From the NCBI GenBank assembly GCA_965261005.1, contig OZ253375.1:864001-928000 (forward strand): a DNA stretch of 64,000 nt, given 5' to 3'. The stretch is from Deinococcus sp. (GTDB lineage: Bacteria > Deinococcota > Deinococci > Deinococcales > Deinococcaceae). Of this stretch, positions 33,344 to 44,718 are shown in pieces (the stretch's first letter is position 1; each line of letters begins with the position of its first letter). The notes beneath the pieces are model-generated. The model ran no database searches. It was not told where the DNA came from and was given only the letters and a program-made list of their open reading frames with translations. The translations under genes were made by a program, and so were the position numbers.

Positions 33344-33370
33344 AAAACCCCGCTTAACACGGGGTTTTCT
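33344..33370. terminator. Bidirectional terminator between bshB1 and tRNA-Asn
   Basis: aaaaccccg-loop-cggggtttt. Confidence 0.75.
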
Positions 33371-33371
33371 T

Positions 33372-33446
33372 TGGCTCGGCAGGTAGGGATCGAACCTACG
33401 ACCATCCGATTAACAGTCGGACGCTCTACCGCTGAGCTACTGCCGA
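33372..33446 (-). tRNA. tRNA-Asn (GTT)
   Basis: Cloverleaf TCGGCAGTAGCTCAG...CTGTTAA...GTTCGA...CCA, 75 nt. Confidence 0.97.
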
Positions 33447-33507
33447 ACAAAGCCGCTTGGGCGGCGAAAAGAAGTGTAGCAAAGGGGCCTGGGGGGCGCA
33501 AGCCCGC

Positions 33508-34446
33508 TCAGGCTTCGGCGAACACGCCCAGGCTGCGAAAGCGCGTGGAACGGGCGGCGCGCAGCTGCTCCGGGCCGAAGGGAAGCAGCTCGCGCAAATG
33601 GCGCTCGATGGCGGCGCCCAGCAGGCGGGCCGCCGCCTCGGGGTCGAGGTGGGCGCCGCCCGGCGGCTCGGCCACCACCTCCTCCACGACGCCCAGGCGC
33701 CGGAGGTCGGGGGCGGTGAGCTGCATGGCCTCGGCCGCGCGGGGGGCCTCGGCGGCGTCGCGCCACAGGATGGTGGCGCAGCCTTCCGGGGAGATCACGC
33801 TGTACCAAGCGTTTTCCTGGATCAGCACCCGGTTGCCCACGCCCAGGGCCAGGGCGCCGCCCGAGCCACCCTCGCCAATGACGGCGCACACGACCGGCAC
33901 CCTCAGCCGCACCATGCGCTGAATGCACTCGGCGATGGCCCAGCCCTGGCCGCGCTCCTCGGCCTCGATGCCGGGGTAAGCGCCGGGGGTGTCAATTAGG
34001 GTGATGAGGGGCAAGTTGAACTTGTCGGCCAGGTCCATCAGGCGCACGGCCTTGCGGTAGCCCTCGGGGTTGCTCATGCCGAAGCGCCGCTTGATCTTGC
34101 TCTTGGTGTCGCGGCCCTTTTGCTGAAACAGCAGCATCACCGGCAAGCCGCCCAGGCGCGCCGGCCCGCCCAGCAGGGCCGGGTCATCGCCGTAGGCCCG
34201 GTCGCCGTGCAGCTCCACGAAGCCGCCGAACAGGCGCTCGACGTAATCGAGCGCGGTGGGCCGGCCAGGAGCGCGCGCGAGCTGCACCCGCTCCCAGCGG
34301 CCCAGCACGGGGGCGGCGCCCTTCAAGGCGGCCAGCTGTTCGCGCAGGGGGCGCAGCGCCTCGCCGAAGTCGGCCCCGGTCTCCCCCGCCAGCTGCTCCA
34401 GCTCACCGATGCGTTGCTCCAAGTCGTGCAGCGCGCGCCTGGTCAT
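33508..34446 (-). CDS. accA: Acetyl-CoA carboxylase carboxyltransferase alpha
   Basis: [31 protein letters not shown]. Confidence 0.96.
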   Translation of the reverse strand: MTRRALHDLEQRIGELEQLAGETGADFGEALRPLREQLAALKGAAPVLGRWERVQLARAPGRPTALDYVERLFGGFVELHGDRAYGDDPALLGGPARLGGLPVMLLFQQKGRDTKSKIKRRFGMSNPEGYRKAVRLMDLADKFNLPLITLIDTPGAYPGIEAEERGQGWAIAECIQRMVRLRVPVVCAVIGEGGSGGALALGVGNRVLIQENAWYSVISPEGCATILWRDAAEAPRAAEAMQLTAPDLRRLGVVEEVVAEPPGGAHLDPEAAARLLGAAIERHLRELLPFGPEQLRAARSTRFRSLGVFAEA

Positions 34447-35321
34447 CGGTGGGCCTGCCGAACGGGCACGGGCGCGGGGCGCGCCGCCAGAAAGGTCGAG
34501 AGCAGGTTCGAGATCACCTCGCGCTGGTCCAGCCGGCTCAGCACCATGTCCACCATGCCGTGCTCCAGCAAGAATTCTGAGCGCTGAAAGCCCTCGGGTA
34601 AATTCTGGCGAATGGTCTGCTGAATCACGCGCGGCCCCGAAAAGCCGATGAGGGCGCCCGGCTCCGCCACGATCACGTCGGCAATGGTGGCAAAGGACGC
34701 CGTGACGCCCCCGGTGGTGGGGTCAGTCAGAATGCTGACGTAGGGAAGGCCGCGCCCCGCGAGGGTCTCCAGCGCCACGGTCGTCTTGGCCATCTGCATC
34801 AGCGACAAGACGCTCTCCTGCATTCTGGCCCCGCCCGAGGCGGCCACCAACACCAAGGGCAGCTCACGGTTGGCGGCGGCCTCGGCGGCGCGGGCGATCT
34901 CCTCGCCCACCACGCTGCCCATCGAGCCGCCCGAAAAGGCGAAGTCCATCACCGCCAGCATCAATGGCTGGCCCAGCATTTGCCCGCTGCCGGTCAGAAT
35001 GGCGTCCGGGCGCCCGGTCTTGTCTTGGGCGCGCCGCAGCCGCTCGGGGTACGGCTCGGTGTCCACGAAGCCGAGCGGGTCGAGCGGCGTGACGTGGCCG
35101 CTCAGCTGCGCGAAGCTGCCCGGGTCGAGCAGCGCCTCCACCCGCCGGCCCGCCTCCAAACGGTGGTGGTGGCCGCACTCGGGGCACACCTGCCAGTTGG
35201 CGTCGAGGTCGCGCTTGTACACGCTGGCCTTGCAGCCCGCACACTTGACCCACAGCTCGGGCACATCGCTTTCCGCAGACCGCTGAACCCTCTTGCGCCG
35301 GAAAAACTTGTCAATTGCCAT
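34443..35321 (-). CDS. accD: Acetyl-CoA carboxylase carboxyltransferase beta
   Basis: Zinc ribbon, [24 protein letters not shown]. Confidence 0.96.
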   Translation of the reverse strand: MAIDKFFRRKRVQRSAESDVPELWVKCAGCKASVYKRDLDANWQVCPECGHHHRLEAGRRVEALLDPGSFAQLSGHVTPLDPLGFVDTEPYPERLRRAQDKTGRPDAILTGSGQMLGQPLMLAVMDFAFSGGSMGSVVGEEIARAAEAAANRELPLVLVAASGGARMQESVLSLMQMAKTTVALETLAGRGLPYVSILTDPTTGGVTASFATIADVIVAEPGALIGFSGPRVIQQTIRQNLPEGFQRSEFLLEHGMVDMVLSRLDQREVISNLLSTFLAARPAPVPVRQAHR

Positions 35322-35402
35322 TGGTCCGCACTCCCCCAATCGGTTTGCCCGTGCATTCTACAGGGCCGCCGGCCGGCGCAATCGAAGCCGAAATGAAGCC
35401 CA

Positions 35403-35858
35403 CTACAGCGGGCGCTCTGGGGCGTCACCGAAGCGGCGGCGCAACAGGTCGTCCAACTGGCCGATGTCGGCGGCCAATTCGTCGCGCACGCGGTCTAAGC
35501 GCGCGCTCAGCTGGCCCTCCAGGTTGCTTTCCAAGGTCACCAAGCGCTCTTGCAAATACCCCTGAAGCTGGGCGAAGCGGCTCCCCTCCTGCCGGTCGAG
35601 GGACGCGCGCAGCGCCTCCATCTCGCGCAGGGTGCGGGCGCTGTCGGCGCGGGCGCGCAAGTCGGCGTAGGCGGCCAGCAGGTAGAACAGCAGCGCAATG
35701 GTGGCCGCGAAGACCAGCAGCAGCAAGCCCAGCGGCAAGCTGGCGCTGGCCGTCCCGAAGTACACCGTGTGGGGAAACAGCAGGCCGTTCAGGTTGAAGC
35801 CCGCAAAGACCACCACTACGGCCAGCACGATCACCAGCACCACGACATTCAGCCTCAT
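35403..35858 (-). CDS. LapA-family membrane protein
   Basis: Two TM helices with N..P..LPL followed by a coiled coil. Confidence 0.6.
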   Translation of the reverse strand: MRLNVVVLVIVLAVVVVFAGFNLNGLLFPHTVYFGTASASLPLGLLLLVFAATIALLFYLLAAYADLRARADSARTLREMEALRASLDRQEGSRFAQLQGYLQERLVTLESNLEGQLSARLDRVRDELAADIGQLDDLLRRRFGDAPERPL

Positions 35859-35875
35859 GAGAACCCCCGTCGCGC

Positions 35876-37156
35876 TCAGCTTATCAAACCGAGAATCAGC
35901 GGCGCGTCGGGGGGACGCTCGGCGGACAGTTCCACAGCGCCGCGCAGCAGCCCCGCCGCCTCGTCCACACCCTGATCCCGGTGGTACAGCCGGGCCAGCA
36001 CGTCGCCCGGCGCGACAGGATCGCCCAATTTGACCGGCAACTCCACCCCGACGCCGTGATCTATGGCCTCGCCTTTGCGCGTCCGGCCGCCGCCGAGGGC
36101 CAGCACCGCACGCCCCACCGCCAGGGCGTCCAAGCGCGACACGAAGCCGCCCGCCCCCGCGCGCAGCTCCAGCCGGCCGGGGGCCACGTCCAGCTTGTCC
36201 GGGTCGTCAACGTAGCTGGGGTCGCCCCCCTGAGCCGCCACAAAGGCGCGCAGCTTGCCGAGGGCCGCGCCACTTTCGATCACCCCTCTGGCGTCCGTTC
36301 CCGCATCGCCGCGCGCCAGCAGCGCTTCCCCGGCCAGGGCCAGACACAGCTCCAGCAGGTCCGGCGGCCCCTCGCCGCGCAGGGTCATGACTGCCTCGCG
36401 GACCTCCAAGCTGTTCCCGACGAAATGCCCCAACGGCACCGCCATGTCGGTGAGGAGGGCGCGCACCCGGCGGCCCGCGTGCGCGCCGATCTCGACCATC
36501 ACCCGCGCCAGCCGCGCGGCCTCCCCGGGCGTCTTCATAAAGGCGCCGCCTCCCACCTTCACGTCGAGGATAATGGTCTCCGCGCCCGCCGCCAGCTTTT
36601 TGGACATAATGCTCGACGCGATCAAGGGCAGGCTGTCCACCGTCGCCGTCACGTCGCGCAGGGCGTAGAGCAACCCGTCGGCGGGGGCCAAATTTTTTGA
36701 TTGTCCCACCAGCGCGAGGCCGATTTCGCGCGCCTGACGCAGAAAGGCAGCCTCGTCCAGCTCGGCGCGCCAGCCGGGAACGCTTTCGAGCTTGTCGATG
36801 GTGCCGCCGGTGTGCGCCAAGCCGCGCCCGCTCATCTTGGCGACCGTGAAGCCGAGCGCCGCCAGCATAGGGGCCAGCACCAAGGTGGTCTTGTCCCCCA
36901 CCCCCCCCGTCGAGTGCTTGTCCACCGTGTCCGGCAAATCCGAAAGGTCGAGCGTGTCGCCGCTCCCCGCCATCACCCCGGTCAGCCCCGCCGTCTCGCG
37001 CCCGCCCATGCCGCGCCAATACACCGCCATCAGCCAAGCGGCCATCTGGTAATCGGGAACCTCGCCGCGCGTGTAACCGCCGACCAAGGTTTCCAGCTCG
37101 GTGCGGCTGTGCTCAAGGCCGTCGCGCTTTTTCTGGATCAGCTCAGGAATGGTCAT
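35876..37156 (-). CDS. pdp: Pyrimidine-nucleoside / thymidine phosphorylase
   Basis: [35 protein letters not shown]. Confidence 0.95.
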   Translation of the reverse strand: MTIPELIQKKRDGLEHSRTELETLVGGYTRGEVPDYQMAAWLMAVYWRGMGGRETAGLTGVMAGSGDTLDLSDLPDTVDKHSTGGVGDKTTLVLAPMLAALGFTVAKMSGRGLAHTGGTIDKLESVPGWRAELDEAAFLRQAREIGLALVGQSKNLAPADGLLYALRDVTATVDSLPLIASSIMSKKLAAGAETIILDVKVGGGAFMKTPGEAARLARVMVEIGAHAGRRVRALLTDMAVPLGHFVGNSLEVREAVMTLRGEGPPDLLELCLALAGEALLARGDAGTDARGVIESGAALGKLRAFVAAQGGDPSYVDDPDKLDVAPGRLELRAGAGGFVSRLDALAVGRAVLALGGGRTRKGEAIDHGVGVELPVKLGDPVAPGDVLARLYHRDQGVDEAAGLLRGAVELSAERPPDAPLILGLIS

Positions 37157-37177
37157 GCGCCCGGCCTCTCGGCTTTC

Positions 37178-38128
37178 CTACTCGTACCCCAGCTCCCGCA
37201 ACGCCTCCTGGTCCTCGCGCCAATTGGGAATCACGATGACCTCCAGGCCCAGAAACACCTTGGTATTCAGAAACACTTCCAGCTGCTTGCGGGCCGCCTG
37301 ACCGATCTCGCCCAGCTGCTTGCCGCCCTTGCCGATCACCATCCCCTTGTGGGCCTGCTTCTCGACGATCAGCTCGGCCTCGATGCGCTGAAGGCCGTCC
37401 TGGCGCTCGGTCCAATTCGTGACGCGGGTGGCGACGGCGTAGGGCAGCTCGTCGCGCAGCTTCTTCATGGCCTCCTCGCGCACGATCTCGGCGGCCCACT
37501 GCTCGCGCGGCTGGTCGGACGCGGCGCCCTCCGGAAAGAAAAAGGGGTTCTCGGGCAGCAGGGCCAGGACGCGGGCGCGCAGGGCGTGGACGGCGGCGGG
37601 GTCGCTTTGGGCGCTCAAGGTCACGTCCTGCGTCTCGCCGGCGCGGCCTTCGAGGAGGGCCGCGTAGAGCTTCATGGCCTCGTCGGGGTACTTGGCGGCG
37701 TCCAGCTTGTTGCCGACCAGAATGAGGGGCTTAGGCAAATCGCGCACCGTGCGGGCGACCAGCTGATCCTCCTCGGTGGGCGGGTGGCGAAGGTCCACGA
37801 CCCACAAAATCAAGTCCACGTCCGATAAGGCGGAGTGGACCTCCTCGTTCATGTACTTGCCCAGGGCGTCCTTGGGCTTGTGCAGGCCAGGAGTGTCCAC
37901 AAAGACGATTTGGGTACCTTCAAAGCTGTAGATGCCGCGCACGCCGCGTCGGGTGGTCTGGGGCTTCGGCGAGATGGGCGCCACCTTGACGCCCAACATG
38001 CTGTTGAGCAGCGTGGACTTGCCCACGTTGGGCTTGCCAACGATGGCGACAAAGCCGGAATGTGTTGGGCCGGAGTGGGTTGTGGTGTGTTGGTCGGAGG
38101 TGGTCAGTTCGGAAGAACTATTTTGCAT
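37178..38128 (-). CDS. era: GTPase Era
   Basis: [23 protein letters not shown] domain VIGKGG. Confidence 0.96.
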   Translation of the reverse strand: MQNSSSELTTSDQHTTTHSGPTHSGFVAIVGKPNVGKSTLLNSMLGVKVAPISPKPQTTRRGVRGIYSFEGTQIVFVDTPGLHKPKDALGKYMNEEVHSALSDVDLILWVVDLRHPPTEEDQLVARTVRDLPKPLILVGNKLDAAKYPDEAMKLYAALLEGRAGETQDVTLSAQSDPAAVHALRARVLALLPENPFFFPEGAASDQPREQWAAEIVREEAMKKLRDELPYAVATRVTNWTERQDGLQRIEAELIVEKQAHKGMVIGKGGKQLGEIGQAARKQLEVFLNTKVFLGLEVIVIPNWREDQEALRELGYE

Positions 38129-38159
38129 AAGGGTTCATTGTGGCACGGGAATGAGGTCG

Positions 38160-38921
38160 TCAAGTGAACTGTTCGCCCGCCGGCGGCCAGCCCCGCGCCT
38201 CCAACGTCCCTGAGCGCAAGATCGGCTCCTCCGAGTAGGCGAAGGGCGAGTGCGCCCGTGACCAAGCCACCGCCGCGTCAATGTCGTAGGGGACGGCGCG
38301 GAAGTCGGGCGTCCAACGCTCCCCGCGCGCCTCCAAGAGGGTCCAGCGCGCCCGCGGATCGCCGTCCACCTGGTCCGAGACGGCGCCGACGTTCACGACC
38401 AGCGTATCCCCCGCCCGCGTCGCCCCCGCCCGGTGGGTGTGGCCGCACAGCACCACCTGAGCGTTCAGGGGTTCGACGATGGCCCGCAGTTCGCGCGGGT
38501 CACGCGCCCGGTACGCCTCGCCGGCATATCCCCACAGCAGCGACGTCCAGGCAGACTCGGGCGTGCCGTGGCAGGCGAAGACCCGGCCCTGCGCGCAGAT
38601 TGCTGTCAGCGGGAGGGCGGCCAAGCGGGCCAGCTCTTCAGCCTTCAGCTGCGTTTCCAGAAACGCCTGAAAACGCCTGCCCAGCTCGTCGCGGCGCCCG
38701 CCCGGCCACAGCTTCTCGTCGTTGTTGCCGCGCACCTCGGCGGCGTTCAGGTCGGCCTGAAGCTGGTACGCCAGGGCCGGGTTGGCGCTGCCCTCGATCT
38801 GGTCGCCGAGGTTGACGATGAGATCGGGGGCGGCGCGTGTGATGTCCGCCAGAACAGCTTGTAAGGCGTAAGTATTCCCGTGAACGTCGGAGATGACGGC
38901 GATTCTCAAATCGGTGGCCAC
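38160..38921 (-). CDS. Metallophosphoesterase (calcineurin-like)
   Basis: SDVHGN, LGD, GNND, CHG, GHTH. Confidence 0.88.
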   Translation of the reverse strand: MATDLRIAVISDVHGNTYALQAVLADITRAAPDLIVNLGDQIEGSANPALAYQLQADLNAAEVRGNNDEKLWPGGRRDELGRRFQAFLETQLKAEELARLAALPLTAICAQGRVFACHGTPESAWTSLLWGYAGEAYRARDPRELRAIVEPLNAQVVLCGHTHRAGATRAGDTLVVNVGAVSDQVDGDPRARWTLLEARGERWTPDFRAVPYDIDAAVAWSRAHSPFAYSEEPILRSGTLEARGWPPAGEQFT

Positions 38922-38924
38922 AGC

Positions 38925-39452
38925 TCAGCCCGCTTGCGCCGCTTGGTGCAGCGCGAGCGCCAACGCTCTCACATGCTCGGGAACGTCTTTGTCGGCCAAA
39001 AAGGCGGGCACGCCGTAGCGCGACAACAACTCCGCGCCGCGCGGCAGGCCCTGTTCCAATCGCCACGGCTCGGCGTAGGGGGTCAGGTAGACCACCCGCG
39101 ACAGCTTTCCCTTGTGCCGCAGCAAGCGCCGCGCGCACAAGTCGCATGGCTCGTGCGTCACGAAGACGCTGTGGGTCTCGCCCTCGGCCCACTCGGCGCC
39201 ACCGACCGCGTTGTCCTCGGCGTGCAGGTAGCCGCTCCGGCCCACCTCGCCCGACTCGCGGCCCTCGGCCTCACCGGGGGCGAGGCCGTTGTAGCCCAGG
39301 CTGGCGACCTTGCGGGTCCCGTCGCTGACGATGGCACAGCCGACCTTGTGCTTGGGGTCGGTGGAGCGCTGCGCGATCAGCAGGGCCAGCGCCATGCCCA
39401 CGGTGTCCCAATCGGGGCGGCTCGGGTCGGGGCGGCTTTCCAAAAAAGTCAT
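38925..39452 (-). CDS. Deoxycytidylate deaminase family protein
   Basis: RSTDP..KVGC, GYNG, HAE, PCDLC. Confidence 0.85.
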   Translation of the reverse strand: MTFLESRPDPSRPDWDTVGMALALLIAQRSTDPKHKVGCAIVSDGTRKVASLGYNGLAPGEAEGRESGEVGRSGYLHAEDNAVGGAEWAEGETHSVFVTHEPCDLCARRLLRHKGKLSRVVYLTPYAEPWRLEQGLPRGAELLSRYGVPAFLADKDVPEHVRALALALHQAAQAG

Positions 39453-39478
39453 GCCGCAGTTTCGCCCAAAAGATGAAC

Positions 39479-39608
39479 TCATACGAACTTAAGATGAGTC
39501 GAAGACGAATCCGAGCAGAGCGAGTAGAAGAGAGTACGGGATGGCGACGATGGAAAGCTATGTTGGTGCTTTCCCAGCATAGCTTGGAATCAAAGCAATC
39601 CCGTATTA
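39479..39608. repeat. Deinococcus SNR/SRE-like small non-coding repeat (MITE-like)
   Basis: Termini TCATACG...CGTATTA, internal atccgagcagagcgagtag block and agctatgttgg-loop-ccagcatagct hairpin; AT-richer than flanks. Confidence 0.75.
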
Positions 39609-39947
39609 GAACACGTCTTCGAGGTGCAGCAACTCTCCTGAAAGCGGCGCCCCCGAGATCGCCACCACGTCGAAGCGGCAAGGGACGTCCTCGGTCCCGT
39701 AATTCTTGTGCAAATACAGGCGCGCGACCCGGCGCAGCAGTTCCGCCTTGCGCGGGGTGACGCTTTCGAGCGGGTAGCCGTGGGAAAGTCGGGCGCGTTG
39801 CTTGACCTCGGTGAACACGACTGCCGCGCCGTCGCGGGTGATCAGGTCTAGTTCGCCACCGCGCACCCGGAAATTGCGCGCCAAGAGAACGTGCCCGCGC
39901 GACAGCAAATGGGCCAAGGCGCGGTCCTCGGCGTCGGCTCCCTTCAA
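39606..39947 (-). CDS. yraN: YraN (UPF0102) family protein
   Basis: RNFR..GGELDLI, FTEVK, CRFDVV. Confidence 0.92.
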   Translation of the reverse strand: MKGADAEDRALAHLLSRGHVLLARNFRVRGGELDLITRDGAAVVFTEVKQRARLSHGYPLESVTPRKAELLRRVARLYLHKNYGTEDVPCRFDVVAISGAPLSGELLHLEDVF

Positions 39948-39953
39948 GTGTGG

Positions 39954-40733
39954 CTATACGTCCTTGCGCTCGAAGGCGAACAGGGCGACCAAACCGAAGC
40001 CGAACGTGTAAATGGTCAGCAGGACCAGCGACTCGCCCAGCGCGGCGCGGTCTTGGCGCAGGTAGGCGTCGAGGTGCGAGGTCAGCAGCAGCGTCTGGAA
40101 CTTGAGGGGAAACACCACCAAGAGACGCATCAGCAGCAGGGCGGCGATGGTGCCCAGGGCGGCGGCGGCGGTGTTGAGGTAGCCCACCGCGAACAGCAGC
40201 GCGAGGGCCGCGATGGGCAACATGGTCAGCCACGCCAAGCCGAAGCCGCGCAGCAGCTCCGTGGCGGCCCCGCCCGGCGTCAGCAACCCCTGCCCCACCC
40301 AGGCGCCCGGCCCCAAACCCGTGCCGCCCGCGAACTCGCCGTACCCCAGCCGCGCCCCGGCCAGCAGGCCCGACAGCAGCAACACGCCGAGCAGCAGGGC
40401 CGGATAGATCAGCGCCGCCAGCAGCTTGACGCCCATCAGCTTGGAGCGGCTGACGGGGCGCAGCAGCAGCGGGGCCAAGGTGCCGGCGGCGACCTCGGAC
40501 CCGATCAGCTCGGCCGAGGTCACGGCGATGAAGATGGGCAGCAGAAACTGCGCCGCCGTGACGAGGGCGAGGGCCGGCACCTGCCACGCGCTCACCAGGG
40601 TCAGGTTGTACACCTCCGGCAAGCGCGGCGCGAAGCTCCACAACCACGGCAACACCGCGCACACGCTCAGCGCCAGCCACACCGAGCGAAAGCTCAGCAG
40701 CTTGCGCTCTTCCAGCCACAGCAGGCTCAGCAC
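39954..40733 (-). CDS. ABC transporter permease
   Basis: E..GTL..LLRPVSR motif, multiple TM helices. Confidence 0.85.
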   Translation of the reverse strand: MLSLLWLEERKLLSFRSVWLALSVCAVLPWLWSFAPRLPEVYNLTLVSAWQVPALALVTAAQFLLPIFIAVTSAELIGSEVAAGTLAPLLLRPVSRSKLMGVKLLAALIYPALLLGVLLLSGLLAGARLGYGEFAGGTGLGPGAWVGQGLLTPGGAATELLRGFGLAWLTMLPIAALALLFAVGYLNTAAAALGTIAALLLMRLLVVFPLKFQTLLLTSHLDAYLRQDRAALGESLVLLTIYTFGFGLVALFAFERKDV

Positions 40734-40734
40734 C

Positions 40735-41697
40735 TCAGGCCTCCAGCCGTTCGCGGTAATACTCGTACAAATCGAACAAATCGGGGGCGGCCTCGTACAC
40801 CCGCACGCCCTCGGAGATCAGGCACGCGAGGGCCTCCGGCACGGCGGCCTCGCCGCTCAGCTCGAAGACGGCGTAAGGGGGGCGCAGCGAGGCGCGCGTG
40901 ACAAAAGGCTGTCCCTCCAGCGCCCACACGGCGCGCGCCGGGTCGTCCACCCGAAAGCGGTAGGCGCTGTGGCGCGCGGTCAGGTCGAGGGTGTCCACCA
41001 TGCGCCCGCCGCTCAGAATACCGACGGTGTGGGCGTAGCCGGCGATCTCGCGCAGGTGGTGGCTGGAGAGGATCACGGCGCCGCCGCCCGCCGCGTGGTC
41101 CGCCACCACCCGGTGAATCAGCGAGATGCCCAGCGGATCGAGGCCGCTGGTCGGCTCGTCGAGGATCAGGACCTTGGGTTCGGCCAGAATGGCGGCGGCC
41201 ACCCCCAGGCGCTGGCGCTGACCGAGGGAGTATTCCCGCACCCGCCGTCCCCCCATGCTGGTCAGCTCGACCAGGGCCAGCACCTCGCGCACCCGCGCCG
41301 ATCCCACCCGCGCGGCGCCGCGTCCCTGGGCGGCCAAGCGGGCGTGCAAGTGGAGGTTCTCGCTGCCGGTCAGGCGCGGGTAGAACTTGGCCGGCGCCTC
41401 CACCACGGCCCCGAGCAGGGCGCGTGCCCGGCTTCCCTCCTCGTGAACGTCGCGCCCGAGCAGGCGCACCTCGCCGGCCGTGGGAAAGGCCAGGCCGGTC
41501 ATGCAGCGGATCAGGGTGGTCTTGCCGGCCCCGTTGGGGCCGGTCAGGGCGAAGACCTCGCCGGGCCGCACCGTCAAGTTCACCCCGTCGAGCACAACCG
41601 TCCGCCCGTAGCGCTTGCCCAGGGCGCGCACGGCCAGGGCCGGCACCTTTTCGTCGCCGAGGGCGGCCACCATGCGCGTTCGCAGTTCTTGCAACAC
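40735..41697 (-). CDS. ABC transporter ATP-binding protein
   Basis: [30 protein letters not shown]. Confidence 0.92.
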   Translation of the reverse strand: MLQELRTRMVAALGDEKVPALAVRALGKRYGRTVVLDGVNLTVRPGEVFALTGPNGAGKTTLIRCMTGLAFPTAGEVRLLGRDVHEEGSRARALLGAVVEAPAKFYPRLTGSENLHLHARLAAQGRGAARVGSARVREVLALVELTSMGGRRVREYSLGQRQRLGVAAAILAEPKVLILDEPTSGLDPLGISLIHRVVADHAAGGGAVILSSHHLREIAGYAHTVGILSGGRMVDTLDLTARHSAYRFRVDDPARAVWALEGQPFVTRASLRPPYAVFELSGEAAVPEALACLISEGVRVYEAAPDLFDLYEYYRERLEA

Positions 41698-41840
41698 ATC
41701 TTACTTTAACAATACATAAAGAAAAGGGCCGCGAAAACTTCACGTGTCTTTTCGAGCCTTTTTCCCTCAGCCCTGTTCCCTTCGGCAAAACGGGCGGGCC
41801 TTTATCACAGCCTCACATTGCTAACACGTTAGACTGAGGC

Positions 41841-43001
41841 GTGATGTTCACCGACCCGTTCGACGCGACCGTCGCCCTGATCTTCGCGGTGCTGGGCGCC
41901 CTGATCGGCTCGTTTTCCAACGTTCTGATCTACCGCCTGCCGAGGGGGGAGTCGGTCGCCTTTCCGCCGTCGCGCTGCCCAAACTGTGGCCGGCGCTTGG
42001 GAGCGCTCGACCTCGTGCCGGTGCTGTCGTGGGCGGCGCTGGGGGGCAGGTGCCGGGGCTGCCGCTCGCCCATCTCTTGGCGCTATCCGCTGGTGGAGCT
42101 GTTGACGGCGCTGGGCTACGGGCTGCTCGCCATCCTGTTTCCGTGGTCGAGGGTGGGCGTCAGCTTGCTGGGGCTGTGCTTTTTGTTCACGGCCCTGCTG
42201 GTGATCGCTTTCATAGACGCCGAGACGCGCACCATTCCCGACAGCGTGGTGCTGCCCGGCGTGGCGCTGGGCCTCGGCCTGGGCCTCGTGAACGCGCGCA
42301 GCGGCGCCAGCCTGAGCGGCCTGCCAAGCTTTTCGGGGGCGCTGTCGGGGGCGCTGCTCGGCAGCGGCATCATCGCCCTGATCGCGCTGTACGGCGAACT
42401 CGCCCTGCGGCGCGGGCGCGAGCGCAAATACCCGGAATTTCCGGTCAGCTACCAGCAGGTGGCCCTGGCGGCCCTGGCGGGCGCTTGGCTGGGCGTGGGG
42501 TGGGGCGTCGCGCTGGGCGTGCTGGCCGCGCTGGTCAACCTGCTCGCGCGCCGCGCCGTGCGCCTGCCCGAGACCCTGCTGCTGCTGGCCCTGCTCATCT
42601 CCCTCGTGCTGGGCGCCTCCGGCGTGGGGCCGGGCGTGATCGGCATGGCGCAGGGCGCCATCGCGGCGGCGGGGGGCATGAGCCTGCTCGCCGCGCTGTA
42701 CTGGTGGACCCAGCCGGACGACACGGAAGAGGACAGCGAGGCCGACTACGACCCGGTGGCGATGGGCTTTGGCGACGTGAAACTGGCCGGCCTGATGGGC
42801 GCCTTTATCGGCCTGAGCGGGGTGATCGTGTCCCTGGGGGTGGCGGTGCTGGCCGGCGCCCTGATCGGCGTGGTCATTTTGCTGCTCAAGCGCGATAACC
42901 GGGTGCCCTTTGGGCCATACCTGGCCGTGGGCGCCTTGGTCACGCTGATGTTCGGCGCGCAGATCATGCAGGCCGTCAAGGGGCTGTACGGTCTGAGCTG
43001 A
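41841..43001 (+). CDS. pilD: Type IV prepilin peptidase
   Basis: GSFSNVLIYRLP, CxxC pairs, IDAE, MGFGDVKL, PFGPYL. Confidence 0.93.
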   Translation: MMFTDPFDATVALIFAVLGALIGSFSNVLIYRLPRGESVAFPPSRCPNCGRRLGALDLVPVLSWAALGGRCRGCRSPISWRYPLVELLTALGYGLLAILFPWSRVGVSLLGLCFLFTALLVIAFIDAETRTIPDSVVLPGVALGLGLGLVNARSGASLSGLPSFSGALSGALLGSGIIALIALYGELALRRGRERKYPEFPVSYQQVALAALAGAWLGVGWGVALGVLAALVNLLARRAVRLPETLLLLALLISLVLGASGVGPGVIGMAQGAIAAAGGMSLLAALYWWTQPDDTEEDSEADYDPVAMGFGDVKLAGLMGAFIGLSGVIVSLGVAVLAGALIGVVILLLKRDNRVPFGPYLAVGALVTLMFGAQIMQAVKGLYGLS

Positions 43002-43020
43002 GCAACCCCACCCAGCAACC

Positions 43021-43479
43021 TCAGCTGGCGGCGCTCGGCTCCTCTTTGCCGCCCTTGCCCTCCACCTGGTTTTGGATGGACTGAAGCGCCTTGTCGAGGC
43101 CCTCCTGAATCTGCCCCTCGTCGGGACCCTCGCCCGGTACCGGCACGTTGGCGGACTGCTGGGGACTCGGGCCGAAGTGCAAATGGACCGTCACCTGCGA
43201 GGCGCCGTCCCCGTCGGGCTTCACCTCCAGCCAACCCGAGTAGTCGAACTCGAAGTCCGACCCCCATTCGAGGCGTTTGCCCGCCTGATCCTGTTTGAAG
43301 CGGCCGTCCCCCTCGTAGCGGTGGCCGTTCGCCTCGCCCTGAAGCTGCACCCGCTCCCCTTCCTGCGGCTGGGCGCTCTTGGTGGTCGGCAGGTACTTGG
43401 GCAAATTGCGCACGTCGGACACAAAGGCGAAAACTTGGTCGGGCGAGGCCTGCACGCGCGTGGACTTCTCGAACTCCAT
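43021..43479 (-). CDS. SRPBCC family protein
   Basis: ASPDQVFAFVSDVRNLPKYLP; SD GGAGG. Confidence 0.85.
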   Translation of the reverse strand: MEFEKSTRVQASPDQVFAFVSDVRNLPKYLPTTKSAQPQEGERVQLQGEANGHRYEGDGRFKQDQAGKRLEWGSDFEFDYSGWLEVKPDGDGASQVTVHLHFGPSPQQSANVPVPGEGPDEGQIQEGLDKALQSIQNQVEGKGGKEEPSAAS

Positions 43480-43490
43480 GACGAACCTCC

Positions 43491-43535
43491 GCTGAGAAAA
43501 CGTGGGCTGGGAAAACGTAAGCTGAGAGAACTTGG
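43491..43535. repeat. 3 x 15-bp degenerate tandem repeat
   Basis: gctgagaaaacgtgg / gctgggaaaacgtaa / gctgagagaacttgg. Confidence 0.75.
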
Positions 43536-43640
43536 ACGCTGGCCGAACCCGTTCAGCCTAGGGGTCGGGCGGGGCGGCGCCGTGAGAGTCAAGCTGGCCG
43601 TCGCGTTACAAAGTGTCAGGCGCTGCAAAACCGAATCAGA

Positions 43641-44624
43641 TCACTTCAGCAAATGCCCCACCGCGCCTTGCTCCTCGATCAGCTCTTGCTCGGTCGCGTC
43701 CATCTTTTGGCGCGAGAAGTCGTTGATCTCCAAGCCCGCCACGATCTGGTAGCGCCCCCCCGCGCAGGTGCAGGGAAAGCCGTAGATCAGGCCCTCCTGA
43801 ATCCCGTAGCTGCCGTCCGACGGCACCGCCATGCTGACCCAGTCCCCGGCCGGCGTGCCGTTCGCCCAGTCGCGCATGTGGTCAATCGCCGCGCTGGCCG
43901 CGCTCGCCGCCGAGGACGCCCCGCGCGCCTCGATAATGGCCGCGCCGCGCTTGGCGACGGTCGGGATGAAGTCGTGCTCGTACCACCCTTGGTCGCCGAC
44001 GGCCTCAAAGGCGTTCTGGCCGTTCACCTCGGCGTGGTAGAGGTCGGGAAACTGGGTGGTGGAGTGGTTGCCCCAGATGGTCATGTGCTTGATGGCCGTC
44101 ACGGGGGCGCCGGTCTTTTGGGCCAGCTGCGAGATGGCGCGGTTGTGGTCGAGGCGCACCATCGCGCTGAACTGCTCGGGCTTCAGGTTGGGGGCGCTCC
44201 GCATGGCGATCAGGGCGTTGGTGTTGGCGGGGTTGCCGACCACCAGCACCTTCACGTCACGGCTCGCCACATCGCTGAGGGCCTTGCCCTGCACCGTGAA
44301 GATGGCCCCGTTGGCCTCCAGCAGGTCCCCGCGCTCCATCCCCTTGGTGCGCGGGCGGCTGCCCACCAGCAGGGCGTAGTCGGCGTCCCCAAAGGCCACG
44401 TTGGGATCGTCGCTCTGAATGACGCCGGCCAGCAACGGAAAGGCGCCATCCTGAAGCTCCATCACGACCCCCTTCAGGGCGCCGAGGGCGGGCGTGACCT
44501 CCAGCAGTTGCAAAATGACCGGCTGGTCCTCGCCCAGCATCGCCCCCGAGGCGATGCGGAAGAGCAGGCTGTAACCGATCTGGCCGGCGGCGCCGGTGAC
44601 GGCCACGCGAACGGGTTCTTTCAT
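43641..44624 (-). CDS. mdh: Malate dehydrogenase
   Basis: [30 protein letters not shown]. Confidence 0.96.
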   Translation of the reverse strand: MKEPVRVAVTGAAGQIGYSLLFRIASGAMLGEDQPVILQLLEVTPALGALKGVVMELQDGAFPLLAGVIQSDDPNVAFGDADYALLVGSRPRTKGMERGDLLEANGAIFTVQGKALSDVASRDVKVLVVGNPANTNALIAMRSAPNLKPEQFSAMVRLDHNRAISQLAQKTGAPVTAIKHMTIWGNHSTTQFPDLYHAEVNGQNAFEAVGDQGWYEHDFIPTVAKRGAAIIEARGASSAASAASAAIDHMRDWANGTPAGDWVSMAVPSDGSYGIQEGLIYGFPCTCAGGRYQIVAGLEINDFSRQKMDATEQELIEEQGAVGHLLK

Positions 44625-44670
44625 AAGGTCCTCCTTGGAAGAGCGTGCGGCCCCATGCTAATGCAGCGAC

Positions 44671-44700
44671 AAGAAAAAGACCCTTATCAAGTGATAAGGG
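44671..44700 (-). terminator. Intrinsic terminator after rplS
   Basis: cccttatca-ag-tgataaggg with T-tract on minus strand. Confidence 0.75.
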
Positions 44701-44718
44701 CCTGCCCAAGCGCTTCGC

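Noticed and set aside
33372..33446. tRNA-Asn as an integration site
   Set aside because: No integrase or duplicated tRNA 3' end seen; flanked by core genes.
38160..39947. dCMP deaminase + metallophosphoesterase + YraN as an anti-phage nucleotide-depletion system
   Set aside because: Deaminase is the small single-domain type without a P-loop kinase; host-like composition and housekeeping context (era, pdp).
44681..44700. Perfect palindrome as an operator upstream of mdh
   Set aside because: Better explained as the rplS terminator because a T-tract follows on the minus strand.
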